Shown here: one piece after another, positions 9,243 to 18,780 of the stretch
Layout: the number at the start of each line of letters is the position of its first letter
How positions within the stretch are numbered: position 1 is the stretch's first letter
NCBI GenBank assembly: GCA_963845515.1
Contig: CAWJSR010000045.1
Coordinates: 32,001-96,000, forward strand
DNA: 64,000 bases
Source: an uncultured delta proteobacterium
GTDB lineage: Bacteria; Myxococcota; Myxococcia; Myxococcales; Anaeromyxobacteraceae
Direction: 5' to 3'
Program-made: the position numbers and the translations under genes
The notes under the pieces: generated by a model
Databases searched by the model: none
What the model was told of the DNA's origin: nothing
Seen by the model: only the letters and a program-made list of their open reading frames with translations

Positions 9243-11404
9243 ACCTCCAGCTCGTGAACCCCGCCCTCCTATGGGGGCTGCTCGCCGCGACCCTGCCGCT
9301 GGTCGTCCACCTGCTCTTCCGCCGCCGCGCGCGGCCGCTCGCCTTCCCGGCCATCGACTTCATCCTCCGCGCCCGCCGCCAGACCGAGCGGCGGCTGCGG
9401 CTCAAGCGGATCCTCCTCTTCACCGCCCGGACGCTCGTCCTCGCCGCGATCGCGGCCGCCATCGCCCGGCCGAAGCTGGAGTCGCCGGCGGCGGCGGCCG
9501 AGGCGCCGCGCGGGCCGTCGGCGGTCGCGGTGGTCCTCGACGCCTCCGCCTCCATGGGCTACCGGCTCGGGGGCCGGACGCTCTTCGAGCGGGCGAAGGC
9601 CGACGCGGCCGAGGCGCTCGCGTCTCTCTCCGCAGAGGAGCCGGCGACGCTGCTCCTCTGCGGTCCGGTCCCCGCGCCGCCCGAGCCGCCCGGGTTCGAC
9701 AAGGCCGCGGTGCGCCGCGTCCTCGACGCGGCCGAGCCGACCGCCGCCTTCGCCGACCTCACGGCCTGCGTCGGCGCCGCGGCGCAGGCGCTCTCAGGCA
9801 GCGAGGCGCAGGCGGCCATGGGGAAGCGGATCATCGTGGCGACCGACCTGACGCGCGCCGCGTGGCGGCTCGACCAGCCGCCGCCGATGGTGCGCGGCCC
9901 GGCCGGCCCGGTGCGCCCCGAGGTGGTGGTGCTCGACGCGGCCCGCGGCGCGGCGCTGCCCAACGTCGCCATCACCGCGGTCGACGCACAGCCAGATCCG
10001 TCGGTCGGGCCGCGCGGCTACAGGTTCGCGGTGGAGCTGTCGAACGCCGGGGCCGAGCCGCTTCGCGACCTCGCGCTCCAGGTCCGCGTCGGCTCCGGCG
10101 GCGACGCCAAGACTGCGCTCCGCGCCTTCGCCGACGTGCCGGCGGGGGCGTCGGCGAGGAAGTCGGTCGCCCACGCCTTCCCGCAGGGCGGTCCCACGCC
10201 CGTGGTCCTCTCGGTCCCCGAGGACGCGCTCCCGCTGGACGACACGCGGGCGCTGCTCCTCGACGTCCCCCGAGAGGTCCGGGCGCTCGTGGTGGACGGG
10301 GCGCCGTCGCCGATCAAGCTGCGCGACGAGGCCTGGTTCGTCGAGGCTGCGCTCGCCTCACCGGCGTCGCCGGTCCGCCCGAGGCTCATCGACGGCGAGG
10401 CGCTCGCCACCGAGGACCTGTCCGGCTACGACGTCGTCTTCCTCCTGAACGTGCGCGCGCCGGGGTCGAAGGCGGCCGAGCTGCGCCGGCTCGTGGAGCG
10501 CGGAGGAGGGCTCTTCATCGCGCTCGGCGACCAGGTCGACCCCGACGGGTACGGCGAGGAGCTGGGGGACCTGCTCCCGCTCCAGCTCCACCTCGTGAAG
10601 ACCGCGGTCGAGCGCGGCGCGGCAGGTGCCGAGACGCGCGCCGCCCACGTCGGCGAGGTGGCGTGGGAGCACCCGGCCTTCGCGGTGTTCCAGGGGGACG
10701 CGCGCGAGGGGCTCCTGGGCGCCCGCTTCTTCCGCTACGTCCTGACCCGGCCAGCGAGCCGGAAGGCGGGGGGGTTGGAGGCACCGCGGGTGCTCGCCGC
10801 CTTCGACGACGGCGCGCCGGCGCTGGTCGAGGCCCGCCGCGGCGCAGGGCGCGTCCTGCTCTTCACCTCCTCCGCCGACCGCGACTGGAACGACTGGCCG
10901 ATCCGGACGAGCTTCCTCCCGTCGATGCAGCGCTTCGCGGCCCTGCTCGCGGGGGCGCTGGAGGAGCGGCGCGAGCCCCCGACCATCGTGGGGACGGAGA
11001 AGAGGATCCTGCTCGGCGAGGGGCGCAAGGTCGCGGCGCTGGTCGGACCGGACGGGCGGGAGCGGCGGGGCTCGCTGCTCACGGCCGATGGGCTCGTCGG
11101 CGGCACGGGAGAGGCCCGGCTCCGGCCGCGCGTCCCCGGTCTCTGGCAGGTGAAGGTGGCCGACCGGACCGGCGAGCGGCTCGACCCGAAGCTCTCCTTC
11201 GCCGTCTGGGCCGACCCGCGTGAGTCGGATACGCGGAGGCTGGCCGACGGCGAGCTGACCGCCTGGCTCGGCGGCGCGAAGGTGGCGCGCGTCGAAGGGG
11301 AGGGCGGCAAGACCACCGGGGGGCCGGCCTTCCCGCTCTGGTCGATCCTGTTGCTGCTCGGCCTGGTCGCCTTCGTGACGGAGGGTGTGCTTGTGTCGAC
11401 GTGA
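9239..11404 (+). CDS. BatA N-terminal / VWA-domain membrane protein
   Basis: NPALLWGLLAATLPLVVHLLFRRR BatA signature; VLDASASM MIDAS; C-terminal TM. Confidence 0.85.
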   Translation: MNLQLVNPALLWGLLAATLPLVVHLLFRRRARPLAFPAIDFILRARRQTERRLRLKRILLFTARTLVLAAIAAAIARPKLESPAAAAEAPRGPSAVAVVLDASASMGYRLGGRTLFERAKADAAEALASLSAEEPATLLLCGPVPAPPEPPGFDKAAVRRVLDAAEPTAAFADLTACVGAAAQALSGSEAQAAMGKRIIVATDLTRAAWRLDQPPPMVRGPAGPVRPEVVVLDAARGAALPNVAITAVDAQPDPSVGPRGYRFAVELSNAGAEPLRDLALQVRVGSGGDAKTALRAFADVPAGASARKSVAHAFPQGGPTPVVLSVPEDALPLDDTRALLLDVPREVRALVVDGAPSPIKLRDEAWFVEAALASPASPVRPRLIDGEALATEDLSGYDVVFLLNVRAPGSKAAELRRLVERGGGLFIALGDQVDPDGYGEELGDLLPLQLHLVKTAVERGAAGAETRAAHVGEVAWEHPAFAVFQGDAREGLLGARFFRYVLTRPASRKAGGLEAPRVLAAFDDGAPALVEARRGAGRVLLFTSSADRDWNDWPIRTSFLPSMQRFAALLAGALEERREPPTIVGTEKRILLGEGRKVAALVGPDGRERRGSLLTADGLVGGTGEARLRPRVPGLWQVKVADRTGERLDPKLSFAVWADPRESDTRRLADGELTAWLGGAKVARVEGEGGKTTGGPAFPLWSILLLLGLVAFVTEGVLVST

Positions 11405-11539
11405 GCGTCACCCGGCGGCGATCCGGGTGCGCGCGACGGCCGCAGCGCCCAGTCGAACTGCCGCATGCCCATCCGGGCTCGGAGTCGGCGCGCTCGAGCA
11501 CCACACGCGGGACGGAAGACGTCGTAGGATCCTCGCCCC

Positions 11540-12637
11540 GTGACCTATTCGCTAGACCGCGACGTCGCCGCGCTCCTCTGCGTAGGCTTCCATGGGAAGA
11601 CCCCCTCGCCCGAGGTGCTGGAGCTGGTCCGGCGCGGCGTGTCGGGGGTGATCCTCTTCTCGCGCAACGTCGAGTCGGCCGAGCAGGTGGCCGAGCTGAC
11701 CGCCGCGCTCAAGCGGGCCGCCGGGCGGCCGCTCCTCGTCGCGATCGACCAGGAGGGCGGCCGCGTGGCCCGGCTCCGCGCGCCACAGGGCTTCACCGAG
11801 CTGCCGCCGATGCGGGCGATCGGCGCGGCGGGCGACGACAGGCTCGCGTTCGAGGTGGGGGCGATGCTGGGCCGGGAGCTGCGCGCGGTCGGGATCGACC
11901 AGGACTACGCGCCGGTCGTCGACGTCGACACCAACCCGGCGAACCCGGTCATCGGTGACAGATCCTTCTCGCGCGACCCCGGCGCCGTGGGACGGCTGGG
12001 CGCGGCGCTGGCGCTCGGCCTCCAGGCGGAGGGGGTCGCCGCCTGCGCCAAGCACTTCCCCGGCCACGGCGACACGAGCCAGGACTCGCACGTCGACCTG
12101 CCGCGGTTGCCGCACGCGCTGGAGCGGCTGCGCAGGGTGGAGCTGCTCCCGTTCCGGGCGCTCGCGCAGGCGGGCGTCGCCGCGGTGATGACGGCCCACG
12201 TCGTCTTCGAGCCGCTCGACCGGCTCAGGCCGGCGACGCTCGCGCCGTCGGTGCTCCGGCTGCTCCGCGAGGAGCTCGGGTTCCAGGGCTGCTGCGTCTC
12301 CGACGACCTCGAGATGAAGGCGGTGGCCGAGCACTACCCGCTGGAGGAGGCGGCGCCCGGCGCGATCGCGGCCGGCGTCGACCAGCTCCTGGTGTGCCAC
12401 CACGCCGACCTGCAGGCGAAGGCCATCGATCTCGTCCGCGAGGCGGTGGAGGCCGGGACGATCTCCAGGGAGCGGCTCGCCGAGGCGCGCGCGCGCGTGG
12501 AGCGGCTGCTCCGCTACGCCGGCCCGCCCCCCGACCCCGCCGCCGTCCGCGCGAAGCTGCGGACCCCGGAGCACCTGGCGCTCGCCGAGAGCCTGCCGGC
12601 GCTGGACGCGGGGTCGGATCCGACGGCGAGGGCGTAG
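11540..12637 (+). CDS. nagZ: Beta-N-acetylhexosaminidase (GH3)
   Basis: DQEGGRV, KHFPGHGDTSQDSH, SDDLEM motifs. Confidence 0.93.
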   Translation: MTYSLDRDVAALLCVGFHGKTPSPEVLELVRRGVSGVILFSRNVESAEQVAELTAALKRAAGRPLLVAIDQEGGRVARLRAPQGFTELPPMRAIGAAGDDRLAFEVGAMLGRELRAVGIDQDYAPVVDVDTNPANPVIGDRSFSRDPGAVGRLGAALALGLQAEGVAACAKHFPGHGDTSQDSHVDLPRLPHALERLRRVELLPFRALAQAGVAAVMTAHVVFEPLDRLRPATLAPSVLRLLREELGFQGCCVSDDLEMKAVAEHYPLEEAAPGAIAAGVDQLLVCHHADLQAKAIDLVREAVEAGTISRERLAEARARVERLLRYAGPPPDPAAVRAKLRTPEHLALAESLPALDAGSDPTARA

Positions 12638-12678
12638 CCCAGGTGTGCAGCCCAGGCGAGCGGCCTTCAACGCCCCGG

Positions 12679-13377
12679 CTAGCGATCGAGGCGCGCCAAC
12701 GCCTCGAGGCGCTTCATGACTAACAGCCGCCGCCGCTGACTCGCTTCGTCGGGTGGCAGGTGCCCAGGAAGTGCCTCGACGAAGTCGGGAGTCCGGAGAA
12801 GCCTTGCGAAAGAATCGGCGAGGTAGTTGCGGAGCGCCGGCTCAGCTCCCTTCACCTCCGCCGGAAGCTCCGGCCGACCGTCGATCACGGCCACGATGTC
12901 CTCGATGTCGCGACTGGCCATGTGATCGTTCTTCCCGCGACCCGCGAAGGCCTCCAGCTTCGTGCCAAGGAAGTACGGCGCGGATGCGACCCTGATCGCC
13001 ACGCCTCCCGGTAACACCCTTCGATCGGCGTGGCGGAGCGTGCCGATGTACCAGCGGTTGGAGAAGCCCAGGATCGAGTCCTCCGGCGGCATCAGGTCGA
13101 CCACGGTCCCCTCAATGATCCAGCGACACGCGGGTGCGTCCTCCGACCGGTCTTCGCGGAATCCGGCTGCGCGCAGCGCTTCGCAGAGGGCGTAGTACTC
13201 GCTGATGGAGGTGACCTCCACGACCGCGTCGACGTCGGCGGTTGCACGGGGATCCGCCGCTCCTGGCTCGGTGATGAGGAGCTCGACGACGGCGCCGCCG
13301 ACGAACACCACCTGCTCCCTGAGGTCGCCCAGGCGCGCGGCGACCCGCAGGAGCATCTCGACGCTAGCGCTCGGCAC
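12679..13377 (-). CDS. Putative nucleotidyltransferase (AbiEii-like fold)
   Basis: VFVGGA, RATADVD, VDLMP, KLEAF, SRDIEDI: Pol-beta-like NTase signature (GG...DxD...D). Confidence 0.7.
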   Translation of the reverse strand: MPSASVEMLLRVAARLGDLREQVVFVGGAVVELLITEPGAADPRATADVDAVVEVTSISEYYALCEALRAAGFREDRSEDAPACRWIIEGTVVDLMPPEDSILGFSNRWYIGTLRHADRRVLPGGVAIRVASAPYFLGTKLEAFAGRGKNDHMASRDIEDIVAVIDGRPELPAEVKGAEPALRNYLADSFARLLRTPDFVEALPGHLPPDEASQRRRLLVMKRLEALARLDR

Positions 13378-13929
13378 CGGTCTCCCCCGTCGCGAGGGAC
13401 TCCGTCAGGAGGCGCGCGGCGATCTCTCGCTCGCGGGCGCCACCGCCCCTGATCGCGTCCGTCAGCGCGAGAAGGGCGTAAAGGCGCTCGTCCTTCGCAG
13501 CAGCGCCGGGGACCGAGCGGTAGAGCGGCTCGAAGGCGCGGCCGCGGACGGAGCCATTCGGATCGGGCCAGACCGGCGGCAGCGACGACGCGGGCGCGAA
13601 GAAGGCGCTGAGCACGGGCGCGGCGTACCCCGTCGGCAGACCCCGCGTCACGCCGCCAAGGTCGGGAGGGAACGCGTACCTGACGCCGTGAAGGACGAAC
13701 TCCAGGATGTTGCGCCGAATCGGTGCGGCTCCAGGGAACGTTGGCGAGCGGCAACGCGCATCAGGAGCTTCGCGTTGACGGCCCTCGAGACGGCCGCATG
13801 CACCTCGGACCTGCTCAGGCCCAGCTCGGCCGCAACGGTCGCGAAGCGCATGCGGCCGCCGGTGGGCAGCAGCGTCGCCTTGAGGGCGACGAGCAGATCC
13901 TGCGGTTTGAGCACCAAGCGACCAGACAC
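13364..13929 (-). CDS. HTH-containing partner protein (LKPQD type), frameshift near 13745
   Basis: VLKPQDLLVALK..FATVAAELGLSRSEVHAAVSR (HTH), then LEFVLHGVRYAFP..RGLPT..PVWP..EPLY..LLALTDAIRGG in the adjacent frame; overlaps the NTase gene. Confidence 0.7.
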
Positions 13930-13992
13930 TACGGTCCGTCAGGTCTACAAACGTCAATTAGAACTACGTGATGCTGACGCGCACAGCGTAGC

Positions 13993-14080
13993 CGCGGTTC
14001 GCGAACCGCGAACGCACGTGAGGCCATATTACGTAAGCTATATAAGGCAGCATAGGCGCACTATGTTCGTGGTTCGCGAA
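13993..14080. promoter_or_regulatory. Palindromic / inverted-repeat operator-like region
   Basis: Perfect 18-bp palindrome CGCGGTTCGCGAACCGCG (13993-14010); 16-bp inverted repeat 13998-14013 vs 14065-14080 (1 mismatch) flanking an AT-rich core. Confidence 0.6.
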
Positions 14081-14116
14081 TGGACACCGCGAGGCGGGGC
14101 GGCACGGGCCGCGGCG

Positions 14117-15451
14117 TCAGGATCTTTCGAGGATCTTCAGCGCCACCATCCCGTAGAGGAAGCCGTAGACGGCGTGCTCGGGACGCTGGGTGAGGGCGAT
14201 CAGCTCGGACATCGTGCGCGAGCCGTCGAGGTTGGGGAGCAGCTCGGCCTCCCAGCGCTCGAGCTCCACCTCGTGGAGCGAGTACGCGGGCTGCTGGGTC
14301 GGCGCGAGCCGGTCGTCGGGGCCGAGGAGCCTGTAGAGCCGCTCCGGCTTGTAGAGCTTCTTGATCCCACGGATGATCAGGTGGGCCGGGTGGAGGTCGA
14401 TCTTGATCGCCTCCTTCGCCGCGCGGTCGGTGAAGTGGAGCCGGTACTGCCCCTCCTCCCAGCCGAAGACCGAGTAGATGATCGCCTTCACCTGCTGGGC
14501 GACGTAGTAGAGCTTCTCGGTGTCCTTCAGGAGCCCCATCTCCACGAGGACGTCGCCGGTGCGGCGGCCGGTCTTGTCGGCGGCGGCCGCGCAGAGCTCG
14601 AGCTGCCCCTGGGTGAGCTTCCCGACGCGGACGAGGAACGGCCCGAAGCGGTCGGTGACGAGGTTGGAGATGGCGAAGACCGGCCGTCCCTTCTCGAAGT
14701 AGATCGACTTCTTCACCTTCCCCTTCTGCACCGTCAGCTCGCCCGTCTGCTGCGCCAGGTAGAAGGCGGTGATCAGCTCGGGGAGGTTGTCGTGCAGCGC
14801 CCCCTCCGTCCTGGAGAGGTCGGTCGCCTGCTCGCGGACCGCGGCGGCGGGCGGAGGTGGGCTGGGGCGCGGCGCCGGCCGGGAGGGGGCGCCGATGGCG
14901 CCTGCCGTGACCGTCTCGCCCTTCAGGACCGCGGAGACCTTGCCGTCCTCGGTCAGGATCACCTTGCCGGTCAGCTCCATCGCGTCGACCGGCTCGTCCG
15001 ACTCGACGCCCAGGTCGACGTCGAAGTCCTCCTGGTCGAGCAGTGGCGGCGGTGGCGGGGCGGAGGAGCGGGGCGCGGCGATCGGCGTCCCCGCCGGGAC
15101 CATCGCGCGGAGCGTCTCGACCAGCTTCTTCGAGTCGAAGGGCTTCTCGAAGTACCCGGAGGCGCCGTGCTGGGCGCGCGCCTCGGAGGCGGCGCGGCTG
15201 CCCTTGAAGACGCCGGTCATGAAGATGAACGGGACGTTCGCCTTCCGCAGCGCGGCGGCGACGTCATAGCCCATCATGTCCGGGAGGAGCACGTCGACGA
15301 CGGCCGCCGAGGGCTGCTCGACCGGGATCGCGTCGATGGCCGACTTGCCGCGCGCGACGGGCACGGGCGTCCAGCCCTGCTGCTCGACGAGCCGGGACAA
15401 CAGCACGAGGAGCTCCTGGTTGTCGTCGACCAGCAGGATCTTGACGCTCAT
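14117..15451 (-). CDS. Response regulator with C-terminal DUF4388-like domain
   Basis: REC (LLVDD..VDVLLPD..MTG..EKPF), Pro-rich linker, TGELTV..IYFEKG..FGWEEGQY region. Confidence 0.85.
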   Translation of the reverse strand: MSVKILLVDDNQELLVLLSRLVEQQGWTPVPVARGKSAIDAIPVEQPSAAVVDVLLPDMMGYDVAAALRKANVPFIFMTGVFKGSRAASEARAQHGASGYFEKPFDSKKLVETLRAMVPAGTPIAAPRSSAPPPPPLLDQEDFDVDLGVESDEPVDAMELTGKVILTEDGKVSAVLKGETVTAGAIGAPSRPAPRPSPPPPAAAVREQATDLSRTEGALHDNLPELITAFYLAQQTGELTVQKGKVKKSIYFEKGRPVFAISNLVTDRFGPFLVRVGKLTQGQLELCAAAADKTGRRTGDVLVEMGLLKDTEKLYYVAQQVKAIIYSVFGWEEGQYRLHFTDRAAKEAIKIDLHPAHLIIRGIKKLYKPERLYRLLGPDDRLAPTQQPAYSLHEVELERWEAELLPNLDGSRTMSELIALTQRPEHAVYGFLYGMVALKILERS

Positions 15452-15533
15452 TCAGGGGGGACGATACCGGCAGTACGGTGCACGATCAACGTGGTAAGAA
15501 ATTGGCGTCGAACTCTCTCCAAAGGAGGCCCTG

Positions 15534-16763
15534 ATGCGCCCCACCCGTGCGCTCGCGCTCTTCGCCGCCGCCCTCTCCCTCGTCGCCTGCGAGAAGAAGC
15601 GGGCACCCCAGGCGCCGCAGGCCGCGGGCGCGCCCCCCGTCACCACCGTCGGGGACGTGATCGTGCTCGGCCACGTCGGCTCCCTCACCGGCGCCGAGGC
15701 CACGTTCGGCGACTCGACCGACAAGGGGCTGAAGCTGGCCATCGAGGACGCCAACGCGAAGGGCGGCGTCAAGGGCAAGCGGATCGAGCTCAAGACGTAC
15801 GACAACCAGGGGAAGCCCGAGGAGGCGGCGGTCGCCGCGACACGACTCGTGGTGAACGACCACGCCTCGATCCTCATCGGCGAGGTCGCGTCCCGCCGCT
15901 CGCTGGCGATGGCGCCGATCGCCGACGAGCACAAGGTCCCGATGATCTCCCCCGCGTCCACCAACCCCAAGGTGACCAGGGATGGGGACCGGGTGCGCCC
16001 GTACGTCTTCCGCGTCTGCTTCATCGACCCGTTCCAGGGGACGGTGATGGCGAGGTTCGCGCGCGAGACGCTCAAGCTGAACCGCGTCGCGGTCCTGCGC
16101 GACGTGGGCAACGACTACTCGGTCGGGCTCGCCGACTACTTCCTCACCAGGTTCAAGGGGCTGGGCGGTGCGATCGTCGACGACCAGAGCTACAAGGCCG
16201 GCGATCAGGACTTCAAGGCGCAGCTCACCGCGATGAAGGGAAAGAGGCCGGACGGGATCTACATCCCGGGCTACTACACCGACGTGGCGCTCATCGCGCG
16301 GCAGGCCCGCGAGCTCGGGCTCCGCCAGCCGCTCATGGGCGGCGACGGTTGGGACTCCGCCAAGCTCTTCGAGATCGGCGGCAAGGCGCTCGACGGCTGC
16401 TACTACTCCAACCACTACTCGCCCGACGACCCGAGCCCGCGGATCCAGGAGTTCGTGAGCCGCTTCAAGGCGAGGTACGGCGCGGTCCCCGACACGATGG
16501 CCGCGCTGGGCTACGACGCCGGGCTCGTCGCGGTCGACGCGATGACCCGCGCCCCCGACCTCTCCGGTCCGGCGATCCGCGACGCCATCGAGGCGACGAA
16601 GGGCTTCCCGGGTGTCACCGGCGTCATCACCATCGACGCCGATCACAACGCCGCCAAGGCGGCCGTGGTCCTCGCCATCCAGGGCGGCGCCGCCAGGTGG
16701 GTGGCGACCGTGCAGCCCGATGCCACCGCGGCGCCGGCTCCCGCCACGCCGCCAGCGAAGTAG
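15534..16763 (+). CDS. livK: Branched-chain amino acid ABC transporter substrate-binding lipoprotein
   Basis: Lipobox LVAC; SLTGAEATFG, ASTNP, GGDGWDS; heads the liv operon. Confidence 0.88.
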   Translation: MRPTRALALFAAALSLVACEKKRAPQAPQAAGAPPVTTVGDVIVLGHVGSLTGAEATFGDSTDKGLKLAIEDANAKGGVKGKRIELKTYDNQGKPEEAAVAATRLVVNDHASILIGEVASRRSLAMAPIADEHKVPMISPASTNPKVTRDGDRVRPYVFRVCFIDPFQGTVMARFARETLKLNRVAVLRDVGNDYSVGLADYFLTRFKGLGGAIVDDQSYKAGDQDFKAQLTAMKGKRPDGIYIPGYYTDVALIARQARELGLRQPLMGGDGWDSAKLFEIGGKALDGCYYSNHYSPDDPSPRIQEFVSRFKARYGAVPDTMAALGYDAGLVAVDAMTRAPDLSGPAIRDAIEATKGFPGVTGVITIDADHNAAKAAVVLAIQGGAARWVATVQPDATAAPAPATPPAK

Positions 16764-16777
16764 CCGGCGCCCGGCAC

Positions 16778-17710
16778 GTGACCGAGTTCCTGCAGCACCT
16801 CGTCAACGGCCTCTCGCTGGGGACCATCTACGCCCTCATCGCGCTGGGCTACACGATGGTCTACGGCGTCCTGAAGCTCATCAACTTCGCCCACGGCGAC
16901 GTCTACATGGCCGGCGCCTTCGCCGGCTACTACGTCGCGGGGGCGCTCGGCGCCGCCGAGCGCCCGTCCCTCCCGAAGGCGGTCGCCGTCACCCTGGGGG
17001 CGATGATCCTCTGCGGCCTGCTCGGCCTGGTCATCGAGCGGGCGGCGTACCGGCCGCTCCGGACCCGGCCGCGGCTCACCGCCCTCATCACGGCCATCGG
17101 CGTCTCCTTCCTGCTCGAGTACGGCTTCCAGCTCCAGCCCATCGAGGGGCTCTCGGTGCCGTTCCCGCCTGGACCGAGCCCCCGCTTCTTCCCGGCGATC
17201 ATCGAGCTGGGGCCGCCGGTGGAGCTCCTCGGCGTCATCGTGCCGCGCATCGACCTCGTCGGCTTCGCGGTCGCCGTGGCGCTGATGGCCGGGCTCCAGT
17301 ACATCGTCTACCGGACCCGGTTCGGCACGGCGATGCGGGCGGTCTCCTTCGACCCGCGCGTCGCCGGGCTCATGGGGATCCCGGCCGACCGGATCATCGC
17401 CGGGACCTTCTTCCTCGGGAGCGCGCTCGCGGCGGCGGCGGCGATCATCAGCGCGAGCCGCATGCCCCGGATCGACCCGCTCTTCGGCCTCATGCCCGGG
17501 CTCAAGGCCTTCGTCGCCGCCGTGCTCGGCGGGATCGGCTCCGTGCCGGGGGCGATGGTCGGCGGGCTCCTCCTCGGCCTGACCGAGGAGTACGTCGCGG
17601 GCTACACCTACTCCTCGTTCCGCGACGCGATCGCCTTCACGGTCCTCATCCTGGTGCTCCTGCTCCGTCCGCAGGGGCTCTTCGGGCGCATCACGGTGGA
17701 GAAGGTCTGA
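16778..17710 (+). CDS. livH: Branched-chain amino acid ABC permease LivH
   Basis: NGLSLGTIYALIALGYTMVYGVLKLINFAHG; GLKAFVAAVLGGIGS. Confidence 0.93.
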   Translation: MTEFLQHLVNGLSLGTIYALIALGYTMVYGVLKLINFAHGDVYMAGAFAGYYVAGALGAAERPSLPKAVAVTLGAMILCGLLGLVIERAAYRPLRTRPRLTALITAIGVSFLLEYGFQLQPIEGLSVPFPPGPSPRFFPAIIELGPPVELLGVIVPRIDLVGFAVAVALMAGLQYIVYRTRFGTAMRAVSFDPRVAGLMGIPADRIIAGTFFLGSALAAAAAIISASRMPRIDPLFGLMPGLKAFVAAVLGGIGSVPGAMVGGLLLGLTEEYVAGYTYSSFRDAIAFTVLILVLLLRPQGLFGRITVEKV

Positions 17711-18780
17711 TGGCGATGAAGGGCGCGCGCGTGGTGGCGGGGGGCTTCGTCCCATTCGCGGCGGCGCTCCTCGTGCTCGCGGCGCTGCAGCCGCTCCTGC
17801 CGCCGACCGCCACGATCGTCCTCATCAACGTGGCCGTGAACGTCGTCCTCGCCGTCTCGCTCAACGTGGTGAACGGCTTCACCGGCCAGTTCTCGCTCGG
17901 CCACGCCGGGTTCATGGCGGTGGGGGCGTACACCGCCGCGAAGGTCACGCTCGGCTTCGCCGACGTGCAGCTTGCCTTCCTCCCCGAGGCGGTCTCGGAC
18001 CAGCTCGTCTTCACCCTGGCGCTCGTGGCGTCGATGGCCGTCACCGGGCTCGCAGGGCTCCTCGTCGGCATGCCCTCGCTGCGCCTTCGCGGCGACTACC
18101 TCGCCATCGTCACGCTCGGCTTCGGCGAGATCATCCGCTCGATCATCGAGAACGTCCCATGGCTCGGCGGCGCGCTCGGGCTCTCCGGCCTGCCGCGCAG
18201 GACCAACGTCGTCTGGGCCGGCATCGCGGCCTTCGCCACGGTGCTCATGGCCCGCAGGCTCGCCGACTCCACGCAGGGGCGCGCCCTCTTCGCCATCCGC
18301 GAGGACGAGATCGCCGCCGAGGCGATGGGGGTCGACACCACGGGCTACAAGGTCCGCTCCTTCGCCATCTCGGCCGCGTACGCCGGGCTCGCCGGCGCGC
18401 TCTCGGCCCACCTCATCCAGCTGGCCACGCCGGGATCGTACGGCTTCATCCGCTCCATCGAGGTCGTGGTGATGGTGGTGCTGGGCGGCCTCGGGTCGAT
18501 CACCGGCTCGGTCCTCGCCGCCGCGGTCCTCACGGTGGCGCTCGAGGCGCTGCGCCCGTTCCAGCAGTACCGGATGGTCGTCTACGCCCTGCTCCTCGTC
18601 GTCATGATGCTGACGCGGCCGCAGGGGATCTTCGGCTCCCGCGAGCTGTGGGACCTGTGGCGCTCCCGCCGTCCCCGCTCCCCCACGAATCCTCCCCTCT
18701 CCCCACCGGGGGAGCAGGCCCTCCCACGAATCCTCCCCTCTCCCCCACCGGGGGAGAGGGCAGGGGTGAGGGGCATCCTG
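17710..18780 (+). CDS. livM: ABC permease LivM; as assembled it has no stop and reads in frame into livG
   Basis: GQFSLGHAGF, LRLRGDYLAIVTLGFGEI, AIREDEIAAEAMG. Confidence 0.88.
18682..18773 (-). repeat. Triplex-type repeat copy 3 (18734-18773) preceded by a partial tandem duplicate (18682-18714)
   Basis: CCCACGAATCCTCCCCTCTCCCC(C)ACCGGGGGAG occurs twice; the second continues AGGG-cag-GGGTGAGGG. Confidence 0.85.

Noticed and set aside
12636..12655. AGCCCAGG direct repeat as a target-site duplication of the HTH-NTase module
   Set aside because: Both copies are on the same side; no match at the other boundary near 14100
13205..16777. 5' part of the 1501-aa ORF (13205..17710 +)
   Set aside because: Only the last 310 codons are LivH; the rest is antisense or off-frame shadow of real genes, common in high-GC DNA
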